Source: Planctomycetota bacterium
GTDB lineage: Bacteria > Planctomycetota > B15-G4 > SIAN01
Direction of reading: 5' to 3'
Assembly (NCBI GenBank): GCA_031409275.1
Contig: JANNXA010000055.1
Location: 128,001-192,000 of the forward strand
DNA length: 64,000 nucleotides
In this document: positions 36,421 through 45,612 of the stretch, in pieces
Numbering within the stretch: position 1 is the first letter of the stretch
Layout of the letters: each line of letters opens with the position of its first letter
Made by a program: the position numbers and the translations under genes
The notes under the pieces: generated by a model
Seen by the model: only the letters and a program-made list of their open reading frames with translations
Databases searched by the model: none
What the model was told of the DNA's origin: nothing

Positions 36421-37573
36421 GACGCGCATCCTCCACGACAACGACGAGTACCTCTTCGTCGAAGCCCCCGGTGACCCGCTCGGCCCGGCGCTGCAGGTCT
36501 TCGCGCGCACCGACAATGAACGCGCCGTTCCTGCCGGCCGCGCCCCCACGCACCAGACCGAGCACGGCCTGTGGATCCAGATCGCTCGCTTCGACGGCCT
36601 GGAACTCGGGATCGCCCCGGATAGCCCGGACGGGCTCGGCGAGCGCGTCAAGACGATGCTGCCGCGCTACGTCGAAGTGCGCGCCACGCGAATGGCGCAG
36701 GCCAAGCACCCGATGTGGTGGATCGTCAGCGAAGGACACGCGCTGCACGGGCTCCATCCCGCGCAGCCGGCCGGCGCACTGTTCAAGCTTTGGAGCGATG
36801 AAGCGCGCGCGCGCGCCGTGGTGGCGGAGCTCGGTGTCGAGGGCGCCGTGCAGACCACCGGACACCTGCGCGAGTTCCTCGAACTGCGCGCCGAGGAGGG
36901 TTACGCGGGCGCGCTCCTCGATGACGAGGAGCTGATCTTCTTCTGCCTCGACGAGCAGGCGAAGCTGCAGTTCCTGCGCCTCGCGCCACGCGCCGGCGAT
37001 GACGAGGAGGCGGCCGGTGTGGCGACCCATCTCCTCGGCGAAAACGGCCGTTTCGCGCTCTACGAGGGCGACGAGAAGCTCGAACCGCTGTCCGACCCGG
37101 ATGGCTGGGATCGCCTGCTGGCTCGCCTCTACGGCGAGCTGCCGTTCTACGGCTACGTGCCGGGCTGGCGCTGCTTCGCCCTGCGACTCGACGGCGCGTG
37201 GGTGACCCGCCTCGATGCGGAGAGCGAGTTCAAGCAACCGCTCGTCGCGCTGTTCCACGATCCGGCGACCGCGGACGACTACCGCTCGCGTCACGGGCTC
37301 GCGCGCGCCACGTTGGAGCGGGTGACGGACATCGTCGCGCTGGTCCGCCACGCGCAGGAACAGGGACAGCTCGTTTCACTGCAACCGGAAGACCATCGGG
37401 TGCGCGGTGGACCGCTCTGGCTCGACCGCGACGGCAAGCTGCTGCTGCTCGGCTACTGCGGAATCTGGTCGTCGCGCGATGGAGTCGCCTTCGAGCGCGT
37501 CGCCGAAGAGGAGCTTCCCACCACGAGCCCCGACGACGCCGAAGTCGACGATCAGTCGTCCGGCATCACGTAG
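36410..37573 (+). CDS. Hypothetical cytoplasmic protein, possibly with an internally duplicated domain
   Basis: ATG 36410 after AAGGA; normal amino-acid composition over 387 aa; no recognised family. Confidence 0.75.
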   Translation: MPRKTRILHDNDEYLFVEAPGDPLGPALQVFARTDNERAVPAGRAPTHQTEHGLWIQIARFDGLELGIAPDSPDGLGERVKTMLPRYVEVRATRMAQAKHPMWWIVSEGHALHGLHPAQPAGALFKLWSDEARARAVVAELGVEGAVQTTGHLREFLELRAEEGYAGALLDDEELIFFCLDEQAKLQFLRLAPRAGDDEEAAGVATHLLGENGRFALYEGDEKLEPLSDPDGWDRLLARLYGELPFYGYVPGWRCFALRLDGAWVTRLDAESEFKQPLVALFHDPATADDYRSRHGLARATLERVTDIVALVRHAQEQGQLVSLQPEDHRVRGGPLWLDRDGKLLLLGYCGIWSSRDGVAFERVAEEELPTTSPDDAEVDDQSSGIT

Positions 37574-38310
37574 GAGCGGACCGCGCCATCGTCCGATCGC
37601 GATCCCGCGAGGAAAGTGCCGAGCACGTTGCAGCCAGCGTTGCGCAGCAGCTCGAGCGCGCGGGTCGATTGGTCGCGCGGAGTCTTCTCCAGGCGCACCA
37701 CATAGAGCAATCCATCCACGCGCGCGCCCAACGTGGCGGCGTCAGCGAACGGGAGCGCCGGCGGCGTGTCGAACAGGATCCACTGGTAGTCGGCCTTGAG
37801 CGCGCCGATCAGGTCGCTCATGCGCGAGCTGCCGAGGAGTTCCGAGGAATTTCGCACGGCGCGACCGGCCGGCAGGACCGAAAGCCCCGGGATCGAGGTC
37901 GTCGAGATCACCTTCTCGAGCGGCACGAAGTCGAGCATCAGGTCGGCGAGACCCGGCTCGCGCGGGATCCCGAACAGCTGCGCCTGAGCCGGCGACCGCA
38001 GGTCCGCGTCGATCACCAGCACGCGCGCGTCGGGCAATTCGCACAGCGCGGCGGCAAGGTTGGCCAACGTGATCGACTTGCCTTCACCCTTGATCGCCGA
38101 GGTGACGGCGAGCGCGCGCGGCTGGCCGCCCGTGTTGAGCGCGACGAGGTTGGTGCGAAACGACCGATACTGCTCGGCAACGCCGCTCTGCGGCTCGTGG
38201 CAGACGACGACGCGCGGATCGATGGTGCGATCCACCAGGATCAGCAGCTCGTCGGACGGCCCGCCGATCGAGTTGCTGCGTTTCGAAGCGGGGGTTGCTG
38301 GATCGGCCAT
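37552..38310 (-). CDS. CpsD/CapB family (BY) tyrosine kinase, stand-alone
   Basis: AEQYRSFRTN, Walker A GEGKS, A' VIDADLR, Walker B FDTPP. Confidence 0.9.
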   Translation of the reverse strand: MADPATPASKRSNSIGGPSDELLILVDRTIDPRVVVCHEPQSGVAEQYRSFRTNLVALNTGGQPRALAVTSAIKGEGKSITLANLAAALCELPDARVLVIDADLRSPAQAQLFGIPREPGLADLMLDFVPLEKVISTTSIPGLSVLPAGRAVRNSSELLGSSRMSDLIGALKADYQWILFDTPPALPFADAATLGARVDGLLYVVRLEKTPRDQSTRALELLRNAGCNVLGTFLAGSRSDDGAVRSYVMPDD

Positions 38311-38521
38311 GGGAGATCTTTCGGTTCGCGAGCGGGGCCGGCGTGAATCGAAGCGGGAAACATAGCGCGGGCGGCGTCGAAGCCTGCCGCCGCACCGTTA
38401 CACTTCCCGTCTCGCATCAGAGGACCGGGCGGCGGCTCAAGACGCCGGGGCCTTCCCTCCGATCGACGACTCGGAATGGCGGCACGCCACCGACGCCCGG
38501 CCCAAGAGGAGCACTGCTGCT

Positions 38522-39382
38522 TTGCCGCAACCGCTGAGTCGACGCCTCGCCGGGCTGTTCCGCAGCAAGGCCGACCTCACGAGCGTGAAGGCGCTCGAGA
38601 AGGCCGGCGTGCGCAGCGTGAACGTGCTCGACCTGCGCCGTCTCGAGCAGATCGTCGGTGACGCGATGGAGAGCGCGCTGCACGAGGCGCTGGTCGCGGG
38701 CGGCTCCGCGGAGCACGCAGCGACCGGAGCGCAGCTCGAATTCCTGCGCCGCCTCGGCCTCGAAGGACGTCTCGCCGAGCGCACCGGAGAACTTGACGCC
38801 GAACGCGCCGAGCTCGCCGGCAGCCTCGAGAAACTGAACACCGTCCTTGACCAGAGCAAGGCGGAACTCGCGCAGCACAAGGCGGAACAGCGCCGCGGCG
38901 CGCTCGACGATCTGCGCGCGCGGCTCGACTTGTTGCTGGATGAAACGTTCGCGCGCTTCGTGGCGCTGCAGGAGGAGGGGCTCGCGCTGACGTCGAGTCG
39001 ACCGCCGCTGCGCGCCGCGCTCCTCGCACTCCTCGAAGGCGCGCTCCTCGCGGGCGGTGGCACCGTCGCTGCCGTAGAGGACAGTGCACACGTCGATCGG
39101 CTCGAACGGCGCGTGAAGAAGCTGCACGTGCAGCTCCTCGAAACGCAGGAGCTGCTGGCGCGCACGCGCGAAGAGCAGGAGGCGCAAGTGGCGGCCACGG
39201 CGCGCGCGGCGCGCGACGGCCGCACCGGAGTCGCGGCCATCACCGCTCCATCGAGTGACCACTCCGACCGCAAAGCGCTGATGCGCGAGATTTTCGCTCA
39301 CAACCTCGAACTGCGTCGCACGCTCGGTGACCCCGACGCCGCGACGCGCCCCGTCCAACGCACCGATCCGGAGACACGATGA
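38522..39382 (+). CDS. Hypothetical coiled-coil protein coupled to the actin-like gene
   Basis: TTG start 10 nt after GAGGAG; heptad-rich segments; ATGA overlap with the next gene. Confidence 0.8.
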   Translation: MPQPLSRRLAGLFRSKADLTSVKALEKAGVRSVNVLDLRRLEQIVGDAMESALHEALVAGGSAEHAATGAQLEFLRRLGLEGRLAERTGELDAERAELAGSLEKLNTVLDQSKAELAQHKAEQRRGALDDLRARLDLLLDETFARFVALQEEGLALTSSRPPLRAALLALLEGALLAGGGTVAAVEDSAHVDRLERRVKKLHVQLLETQELLARTREEQEAQVAATARAARDGRTGVAAITAPSSDHSDRKALMREIFAHNLELRRTLGDPDAATRPVQRTDPETR

Positions 39383-40458
39383 ATGCTTCCACCGGAACCC
39401 CGTCCCGTTCGCGCCCTGCCACGCCGAAGGGAACCCTCTACCTCGGCATGGATCTCGGGACCTCTCGCACCTCCATCGCCACCAGCACTGGCGTGCGGGA
39501 GACGGTGGCAAGCTACGTCGGCTACCCCAAGGACGTGGTGTCGCGAAAGGCATTGAAGAAGGACGTGCTCTTCGGCGACGACGCGCTGGCCAATCGCCTC
39601 GCGCTCAACCTCTATCGCCCGCTGGCCGGCGGCGTGATCCAGCACAGCGACGGCGCGGCCGATAGCGCCGAGGCGAAGGCCTACCTCAAGGCGGCTCAGG
39701 ACCTGATCCGCCACGCGGTCGGGTTGGCGCGACCGGAATCCGACGAACTCGTCTACGCCGTGATCGGCTGCCCGGCGCAGTGCTCGTTGCGCAACAAGGC
39801 GGCGATCCTCGAGGCGGCGCGACCCGTCGTCGACTCGGTGATGATCGTCTCGGAGCCCTTCAGCGTCGCCTACGGCATCGACCAGCTCACCGACTGCCTC
39901 GTCATCGACATCGGCGCCGGCACCACCGACCTCTGCCGCATGCGCGGCGCGATGCCGACCGCAGAGGACCAGCTCACCAACGTCTTCGCCGGCGACCACG
40001 TCGACAAGAAGCTCGAGGAGCTCCTGAAGAAGAAGTGCGTCGGCGCGGCCTTCACGATCCACGCGATCAAGGACCTGAAGGAGCGCTTCTCCACGGTCAG
40101 CGACATCCACGAGCCGGTCTACTTCGAGGTGCCGGTGAGCGGCAAGCCGACCCGCTTCGAGGTCGGTGCCGAGCTGCGCGAAGCGTGCCGCTCGATCGTT
40201 CCGCCGATGGTCGACGCCATCCACCAGCTCATCGCCAGCTACGATCCCGACTTCCAGAGCCGCCTGAAGAACCACGTGCTGCTCGGCGGTGGCGGCAGTC
40301 AGATGGGTGGCTTGCGGGAGATCCTCGAATCGGAGATGAAGTCGCGCCTCGGCGAGGGGCGCGTGACACGCGTCGAAGAGCCGACCTACGGCGGCGCCAA
40401 TGGCGCCCTCAAGATCGCGCATGACATGCCGGCGGAGTTCTGGGAGAAACTCTCCTGA
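39379..40458 (+). CDS. MamK-like bacterial actin
   Basis: GMDLGTSRT, SEPFSVAYG, IDIGAGTTD, LLGGGGS actin-fold motifs; MamK-type VGYPKDVV and GAL.IA..MP.EFW..L C-terminus. Confidence 0.9.
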   Translation: MNASTGTPSRSRPATPKGTLYLGMDLGTSRTSIATSTGVRETVASYVGYPKDVVSRKALKKDVLFGDDALANRLALNLYRPLAGGVIQHSDGAADSAEAKAYLKAAQDLIRHAVGLARPESDELVYAVIGCPAQCSLRNKAAILEAARPVVDSVMIVSEPFSVAYGIDQLTDCLVIDIGAGTTDLCRMRGAMPTAEDQLTNVFAGDHVDKKLEELLKKKCVGAAFTIHAIKDLKERFSTVSDIHEPVYFEVPVSGKPTRFEVGAELREACRSIVPPMVDAIHQLIASYDPDFQSRLKNHVLLGGGGSQMGGLREILESEMKSRLGEGRVTRVEEPTYGGANGALKIAHDMPAEFWEKLS

Positions 40459-40502
40459 GCTGCAGCCGACCCGGCCACCACTGATCGCGAGGACATGTCG
40501 CC

Positions 40503-41408
40503 ATTCCGCCGCTGCTGAAGGCCCTGCGCCCCCATCAATGGACGAAGAACCTCGCGGTCTTCGTCGGCATCCTCTTCGCCCGGAAGCTCGGCGATCCGGC
40601 GGTGCTGCTTCCCGTGGCGCTGCTGTTCTGCGCCTTCTGTCTCGCGGCGAGCTGCATCTACCTGATCAACGACATCGCCGACCGCGAGGAAGACGCCAAG
40701 CACCCGGTCAAGCGCATGCGGCCGATCGCGTCGGGCGCGCTGTCCGTCGGAAGTGCGCGCGTCGCCGCGGTGGTGGTTGCCGGGCTCGCGCTGGCGCTGG
40801 TGTGGTTCCTGCCGACGGACGTCCGACTCACGCCGTGGAAGCTGCGCCCCGGCCCATTGGTGCTGTCGGCCTACCTCGGATTGAACCTCGCCTACACGTC
40901 GCTGCTGAAGCGCGTCGCCATCGCCGACGTCACCTGCGTTGCGCTCGGCTTCCTGATCCGCGTCGTCAGCGGGCCGAAGGTGGCGGGCCTCGAAGTCTCG
41001 TCGTGGCTGATCCTGTGCACCTTCTTCGGTGCGCTCTTCCTCGCGCTGGCGAAGCGCCGCGGCGAACTGCTCGTCACGCAGACCAGCGGCGGCGGTCGCT
41101 CGGTGCTGGAGCAATACTCGGCGCAGGCGCTCGACACGCTGGTGGCGATGTCCGGGACGGCGACCGTGATCTGCTACTCGATCTACACCGTCTCGGCCGA
41201 GACGATCGCGAAGTTCCACACCAGCGACCTGCTCTACACCATCCCGTTCGTCTTCTACGGGCTTGGTCGCTACCTGCTGCTGCTCTACCGCCGCCAACGG
41301 GGCGAAGACCCGGCGGCGGTGCTCTTCACGGATCGCGGCATGTTGGTCGCGATCGTCGGCTGGCTCGCCACGTCGGCCGTCGTCTTGAGCCTGCCGCACA
41401 CGCCCTGA
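40503..41408 (+). CDS. UbiA family prenyltransferase (decaprenyl-phosphate phosphoribosyltransferase-like)
   Basis: LRPHQWTKN, YLINDIADREED..HPVKRMRPIASG, KRRGEL, GEDP; the conserved N-terminus requires a start upstream of 40602 (ATT 40503 or CTG 40512). Confidence 0.9.
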   Translation: MPPLLKALRPHQWTKNLAVFVGILFARKLGDPAVLLPVALLFCAFCLAASCIYLINDIADREEDAKHPVKRMRPIASGALSVGSARVAAVVVAGLALALVWFLPTDVRLTPWKLRPGPLVLSAYLGLNLAYTSLLKRVAIADVTCVALGFLIRVVSGPKVAGLEVSSWLILCTFFGALFLALAKRRGELLVTQTSGGGRSVLEQYSAQALDTLVAMSGTATVICYSIYTVSAETIAKFHTSDLLYTIPFVFYGLGRYLLLLYRRQRGEDPAAVLFTDRGMLVAIVGWLATSAVVLSLPHTP

Positions 41409-41418
41409 GCGACCGCCG

Positions 41419-41474
41419 CTTCGCGTCGGCCTCCTTCGCGACGGCCTCCTTCGCGACGGCCTCCGTCGTGACGG
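41419..41474. repeat. 15-bp tandem repeat (about 3.7 copies)
   Basis: CTTCGCGTCGGCCTC-CTTCGCGACGGCCTC-CTTCGCGACGGCCTC-CGTCGTGACGG between convergent genes. Confidence 0.85.
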
Positions 41475-41475
41475 T

Positions 41476-42159
41476 TCAGCGAGAGGGTCGTCGCGGCGGC
41501 TCACGGACCGCCGGCGCCAACCGCAGCGCCTTCACCAGCTGAAGGATCAGCACGTCGGCGACGCGATCGATCGGCGGCACACCCCCGAGCAGTTCGGCCA
41601 TCGACGTCATCACGCCCGGCGCAAAGCCGCACGGCGAGATCAGCGCAAAGTCACCAAGATCGGGAGCCACATTGAGCGCGATGCCGTGCCAGGTGACATG
41701 GCGGCGTACGGCGACGCCGATCGACGCGACTTTCCGCTCGCCGACCCACGCACCGGTCGCCCCGTCGCGACGCTCGCCGGCTAGTCCGAAGGCGGCGAGA
41801 GTCGCGAGCAGTGCCGCCTCGAGCGCGCGCAGGTAGTCGCGCACGCCGAGTTCGAGGTCCGCGAGCGAGACGATCGGGTAGGCGACGAGCTGCCCGGGGC
41901 CGTGCCAGGTCGCCTGGCCGCCGCGCTCGATCGCGACCACTGGAATCGGCAGCGTCGGCGGCATCGGCGGGCTCGCGCGCCCGAGCGTCACCACTCGCTC
42001 ATGTTCGCCGACGAGGAGCGTGTCGCAGCCGCCAGCGATCCGCTCGGCCAGGAGCTCCTGCTGCAAGGCGTGGACGTCGCGGTACGAGCCGACGCTCTCC
42101 GGAGAGAAAGGGAGCACCCGCGTGCGCGCGAACCACGGCTCGACCGTCGGCACCGCCAC
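41476..42159 (-). CDS. lipB: Octanoyltransferase
   Basis: EHERVVTLG, RGGQATWHGPGQLVAYPI, KVASIG, HGIALNV, ISPCG. Confidence 0.95.
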   Translation of the reverse strand: MAVPTVEPWFARTRVLPFSPESVGSYRDVHALQQELLAERIAGGCDTLLVGEHERVVTLGRASPPMPPTLPIPVVAIERGGQATWHGPGQLVAYPIVSLADLELGVRDYLRALEAALLATLAAFGLAGERRDGATGAWVGERKVASIGVAVRRHVTWHGIALNVAPDLGDFALISPCGFAPGVMTSMAELLGGVPPIDRVADVLILQLVKALRLAPAVREPPRRPSR

Positions 42160-42168
42160 CGGAGCGCC

Positions 42169-42939
42169 TCAGACCTCGGCGACGAGGAGCGGCGCGAAGT
42201 CGATCCAATCGCACGAGGCGAGGACGTAATCGGTCGTGCCGCGCCGACCAAACAACGGCACGCCGCGATCGCGCTTCAGCGCATGGAGATGGCCGAAGAC
42301 GACGTGGCGTGCGCCCGACGCTTCGAGGAGCGCGGTGGCGCGCGTCGGCGCGAGCGCCCCGTCGCACGGCGGATAGTGGGTGATCGCGACGCGAAGGCCG
42401 GCGTCACGCGTCGCTGCGAGCTCCTGCATCGCTCGTTCGAGACGGCCCAGTTCGCGCTCGAAAAGGCGCGCACTCTCCGCTGCGTCGGCGCTGTCGGGCT
42501 CCGCACTGACCATGCCGCCCGGGCCGGGCCGCCAGTCGATCCAGTCGCGAAACGACACGCCGGGCTGATCCCACAAGCGCGAACCGGCGATGGCGAGCGG
42601 CCCGATGCGCACCACATCGCCCTGCACCGCATGCATCCGCGGAGGCAGCGCCGCTCGCACCTTGCTGATGGTCGACCACCAGAAATCGTGGTTGCCCTTC
42701 AGCAGCACCTTGTGGCCCGGCAGCGCTCCGAGGAACTCGAGATCGGGGCGCGCCTGGTCCAGGTTCATCGCCCAGGAGATGTCACCGGGCACCAGCACGA
42801 CATCGTCAGCGCCGACGCGTTCGCGCCAAGCGGCGGCGATCTTGTCGGCGTGGTCGACCCACTGCGGACCGAAGCGGTCCATCTTCTTGTTCGGAGTTCC
42901 GAACGAGAGATGGGGATCCGAGAGCGCGAAGAGCTTCAT
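42169..42939 (-). CDS. Metallophosphoesterase (calcineurin-like)
   Basis: SDPH, PGDISWAM, KGNHDFW, THYPP, FGHLH. Confidence 0.92.
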   Translation of the reverse strand: MKLFALSDPHLSFGTPNKKMDRFGPQWVDHADKIAAAWRERVGADDVVLVPGDISWAMNLDQARPDLEFLGALPGHKVLLKGNHDFWWSTISKVRAALPPRMHAVQGDVVRIGPLAIAGSRLWDQPGVSFRDWIDWRPGPGGMVSAEPDSADAAESARLFERELGRLERAMQELAATRDAGLRVAITHYPPCDGALAPTRATALLEASGARHVVFGHLHALKRDRGVPLFGRRGTTDYVLASCDWIDFAPLLVAEV

Positions 42940-42961
42940 CGCGCGCAGGCGAGCGCCACGC

Positions 42962-43309
42962 TCACTCCTCGATCAGGTGCTGGTAGACCTTGTGCTCCAT
43001 CCAGCCTTGGCGCGGACGCGGGAAGGTCTGCACTTCGGCGTCGCCGAAGACGAAGGTCTGGCACGCGAGGCGGACGGTCGGATCGGTCTGGGGCAGCTTC
43101 GCGATCTCCGCTCCCGTCTTCGGCGAGCAGAGCTCCTGCGGCTTCACGCGCACCTTGCACGTGCCGCAGAGCCCGCGGCCGCGGCAGTTCAACAACTGGT
43201 GCAGGCCAGCGTAGATCTGGATTCCCTGCTCGGCCGCGATCGTCCGCAGGTCGCGGCCCTCGGGGGCCTCGATCTCCTTGAACTCGCGGGAGAAGTAGAA
43301 CTTGGGCAT
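42962..43309 (-). CDS. 2Fe-2S ferredoxin-like protein
   Basis: NCRGRGLCGTC...RLACQ. Confidence 0.9.
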   Translation of the reverse strand: MPKFYFSREFKEIEAPEGRDLRTIAAEQGIQIYAGLHQLLNCRGRGLCGTCKVRVKPQELCSPKTGAEIAKLPQTDPTVRLACQTFVFGDAEVQTFPRPRQGWMEHKVYQHLIEE

Positions 43310-43491
43310 CGCGCGATCCTCGCCGGTCGAAGCGGAAGGGCGGCCATTCAACGGCGCATGCACGGCGAGTTCAAGAGAGGCAACGCAGTCGGACCCGAGC
43401 GCGACTTCCGCGAACCGACGCGCGGAGGCTCCGTTCACCTCGGCTCCCCGGGGGAACCCGGGGATTCTCAGACACTTCAGTGGACTCCATC

Positions 43492-45612
43492 ATGAACCTG
43501 CTGTGGCTGCAGTGGCTCCTGGGCTCCCCTGGCGACAGCGCCGTCGCGACCGCGACGTCGGTGGCCCCTGCCGCCGACGCCGTGCAAACGGTCGTCGAAC
43601 ACGCGGTCGTTCCGGTGCCGGCACCGCATGAAGAGACGTTCGGCACCGCAGCGATCCGCCGAGAAACGCTGACCGCCGATCTGTTCCGCCTCGAACGGCA
43701 GTCGCGCACGCTGCCCGACACGCTGAAGGAATTGCCGGCGATCCACCTGCAGCGAACCGGGCCTGGCCAGACCTCGCCGTTCCTGCGCGGATTCACCGGT
43801 TTTCGAACGCTCTACGTGCTCGACGGCTTCCGCTTCAACCACGCGGCGTGGCGCGACGGCCCCAACCAGTACTTGAACACGATCGATCGCTTCCTGATCG
43901 ACCGCCTCGACGTGCGCTACGGATCGGGCAGCGTCCGATACGGCTCGGACGCGATCGGCGGAACCGTCGTCATGGAGACGCGCGCAGCGGGCCCCACCAT
44001 CGAAGGGCGCGACCACACGGCGCTCGTCGAGACGCGCTTCGCGAGCGCCGAGCGCTCGGCGCTCGGCCACATCGAGGTGGGCGGCATTGCCGGGCCAGAT
44101 CTCACCTACACCGCCGGCGCAACCACCAGCCACTTCGGTGATCTCGAGGGCGGCCGCCATGTCGGAGTGCAGGAAGGGACCGGGTACGACACCGCCGCCG
44201 CCGATCTGAAGCTCGCTTGGAAGATCGGCGCCAGCAGCGAGTTCGTCGTCGCCCACCAGCGCGACCGCACCTTCGATGCGGCCCGCACCCACGCCACGGC
44301 CGACGGCATCTCGTGGCACGGCACGACCGTCGGCACCGACCGCGTGCGCGAGTTCGACCAGCTGCGCGACTTCACTTACGGCCGCCTCGAGTGGCGCGAG
44401 CCGGGCCTCTTCGAGCGCATGCGGTTCGGGCTTGGCTACCACTCGCAGGCGGAGGACGAGACGCGCGTCCGCAGCAACGGCAACCGGACCGAGTCGGGGT
44501 TCGACGTCGACACCGTTGCCACGTTCGCCAATTTCGAGCTCGAGGTGCCGTGCGGCCGCCTCCACTTCGGCGCCGACTTCGCGCACGACGACGTCCACAG
44601 CTACCAGGAGAGCTACAACCCGTCCGGAGCGCCGACCGGCATCGCCATCCAGGGCCCCGTCGGCGACAACGCAACCTTCGACGCTGCCGGCGTGTTCGCC
44701 GAGAACTCGATCGAACTGTCAAAGGCGACCACGCTGACCGCTGGCGCGCGCGCGCAACGGTCGCGTGCCGATGTCGACTCGGCGCGCGATCCGGCCACCG
44801 GCACCAAGATCGACATCGAGGACAAGTGGTGGTCGTGGGCGGCCGACCTGAGGCTGCGGCACGACTGGAACGCGGCGCATGCCGACTGGATCGCCCTCTC
44901 GCGCGCGATCCGCGTCCCCAACCTCTCCGACCTCTCGCGCTTCGACATCGCGTTGTCGGGCGAGATCGAAACGCCGACGCCCGGCCTCGCTCCCGAGGAG
45001 TTCACCACGCTCGAACTTGGCGGCCTCCACCGCTTCGATCGCCTCGAGACGCGCGCCGCGGTCTACTACACGCTGATCCGCGACATGATCGTCCGGTTCC
45101 CGACCGGCAATGTGGTGAGTGGCGCCAACGAGATCCAGAAGGCCAACGTGGGCGATGGCTTCGCCTGGGGTCTCGACCTCGGCGCAACCTGGCGGTTCGA
45201 CGCGGCGTGGTCGGTCGGAGGCGACCTCTCTTTCGTGGCCGGCAAGGTCGACACCTTCGTCGCACCCGGAGTCACGAACGAGGAACCCCTGGGAAAACTT
45301 CCGCCCCTGCATGGCAGCGGCCAGATCCGCTGGGATGATCCGGAATCGACGCTCTGGGTCGAGACCGTACTGACGTACGCCGATCGGCAGGACCGCCTGA
45401 ATCCGCTCGATGAACTCGACACGCAGCGCATCCCGCCCGACGGCACCCCCGGTTTCGTGGTGTACGGCATGCGCGGTGGCTTCTCCCCTGTCGATCGTCT
45501 CGACGTGGCGCTGGCGCTGGAGAACGTGACCAATCGCGACTACCGTCTGCACGGCTCCGGACTGAACGAACCCGGCACCAATCTCGTCGCCAGCCTGAGG
45601 TACCGCTTCTGA
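43492..45612 (+). CDS. TonB-dependent receptor
   Basis: Plug motifs SPFLRGF, VLDGFR, GSGSVRYGSDAIGG; ENVTNRDY; terminal YRF. Confidence 0.92.
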   Translation: MNLLWLQWLLGSPGDSAVATATSVAPAADAVQTVVEHAVVPVPAPHEETFGTAAIRRETLTADLFRLERQSRTLPDTLKELPAIHLQRTGPGQTSPFLRGFTGFRTLYVLDGFRFNHAAWRDGPNQYLNTIDRFLIDRLDVRYGSGSVRYGSDAIGGTVVMETRAAGPTIEGRDHTALVETRFASAERSALGHIEVGGIAGPDLTYTAGATTSHFGDLEGGRHVGVQEGTGYDTAAADLKLAWKIGASSEFVVAHQRDRTFDAARTHATADGISWHGTTVGTDRVREFDQLRDFTYGRLEWREPGLFERMRFGLGYHSQAEDETRVRSNGNRTESGFDVDTVATFANFELEVPCGRLHFGADFAHDDVHSYQESYNPSGAPTGIAIQGPVGDNATFDAAGVFAENSIELSKATTLTAGARAQRSRADVDSARDPATGTKIDIEDKWWSWAADLRLRHDWNAAHADWIALSRAIRVPNLSDLSRFDIALSGEIETPTPGLAPEEFTTLELGGLHRFDRLETRAAVYYTLIRDMIVRFPTGNVVSGANEIQKANVGDGFAWGLDLGATWRFDAAWSVGGDLSFVAGKVDTFVAPGVTNEEPLGKLPPLHGSGQIRWDDPESTLWVETVLTYADRQDRLNPLDELDTQRIPPDGTPGFVVYGMRGGFSPVDRLDVALALENVTNRDYRLHGSGLNEPGTNLVASLRYRF

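Noticed and set aside
38377..38404. Promoter TCGAAG-N16-TACACT for the actin operon
   Set aside because: The -10 is plausible but the -35 is weak; not enough support to list as a feature.
38522..40458. Magnetosome island
   Set aside because: Only the actin is MamK-like; no recognisable mamA/B/E/M/Q or feoB in the window.
41419..41474. CRISPR array
   Set aside because: Units are 15 bp and contiguous, with no spacers and no cas genes.
43310..43491. Cobalamin or TPP riboswitch, or Fur box, upstream of the TonB receptor
   Set aside because: Only generic GC hairpins; no B12-box, TPP core or AT-rich Fur palindrome recognised.
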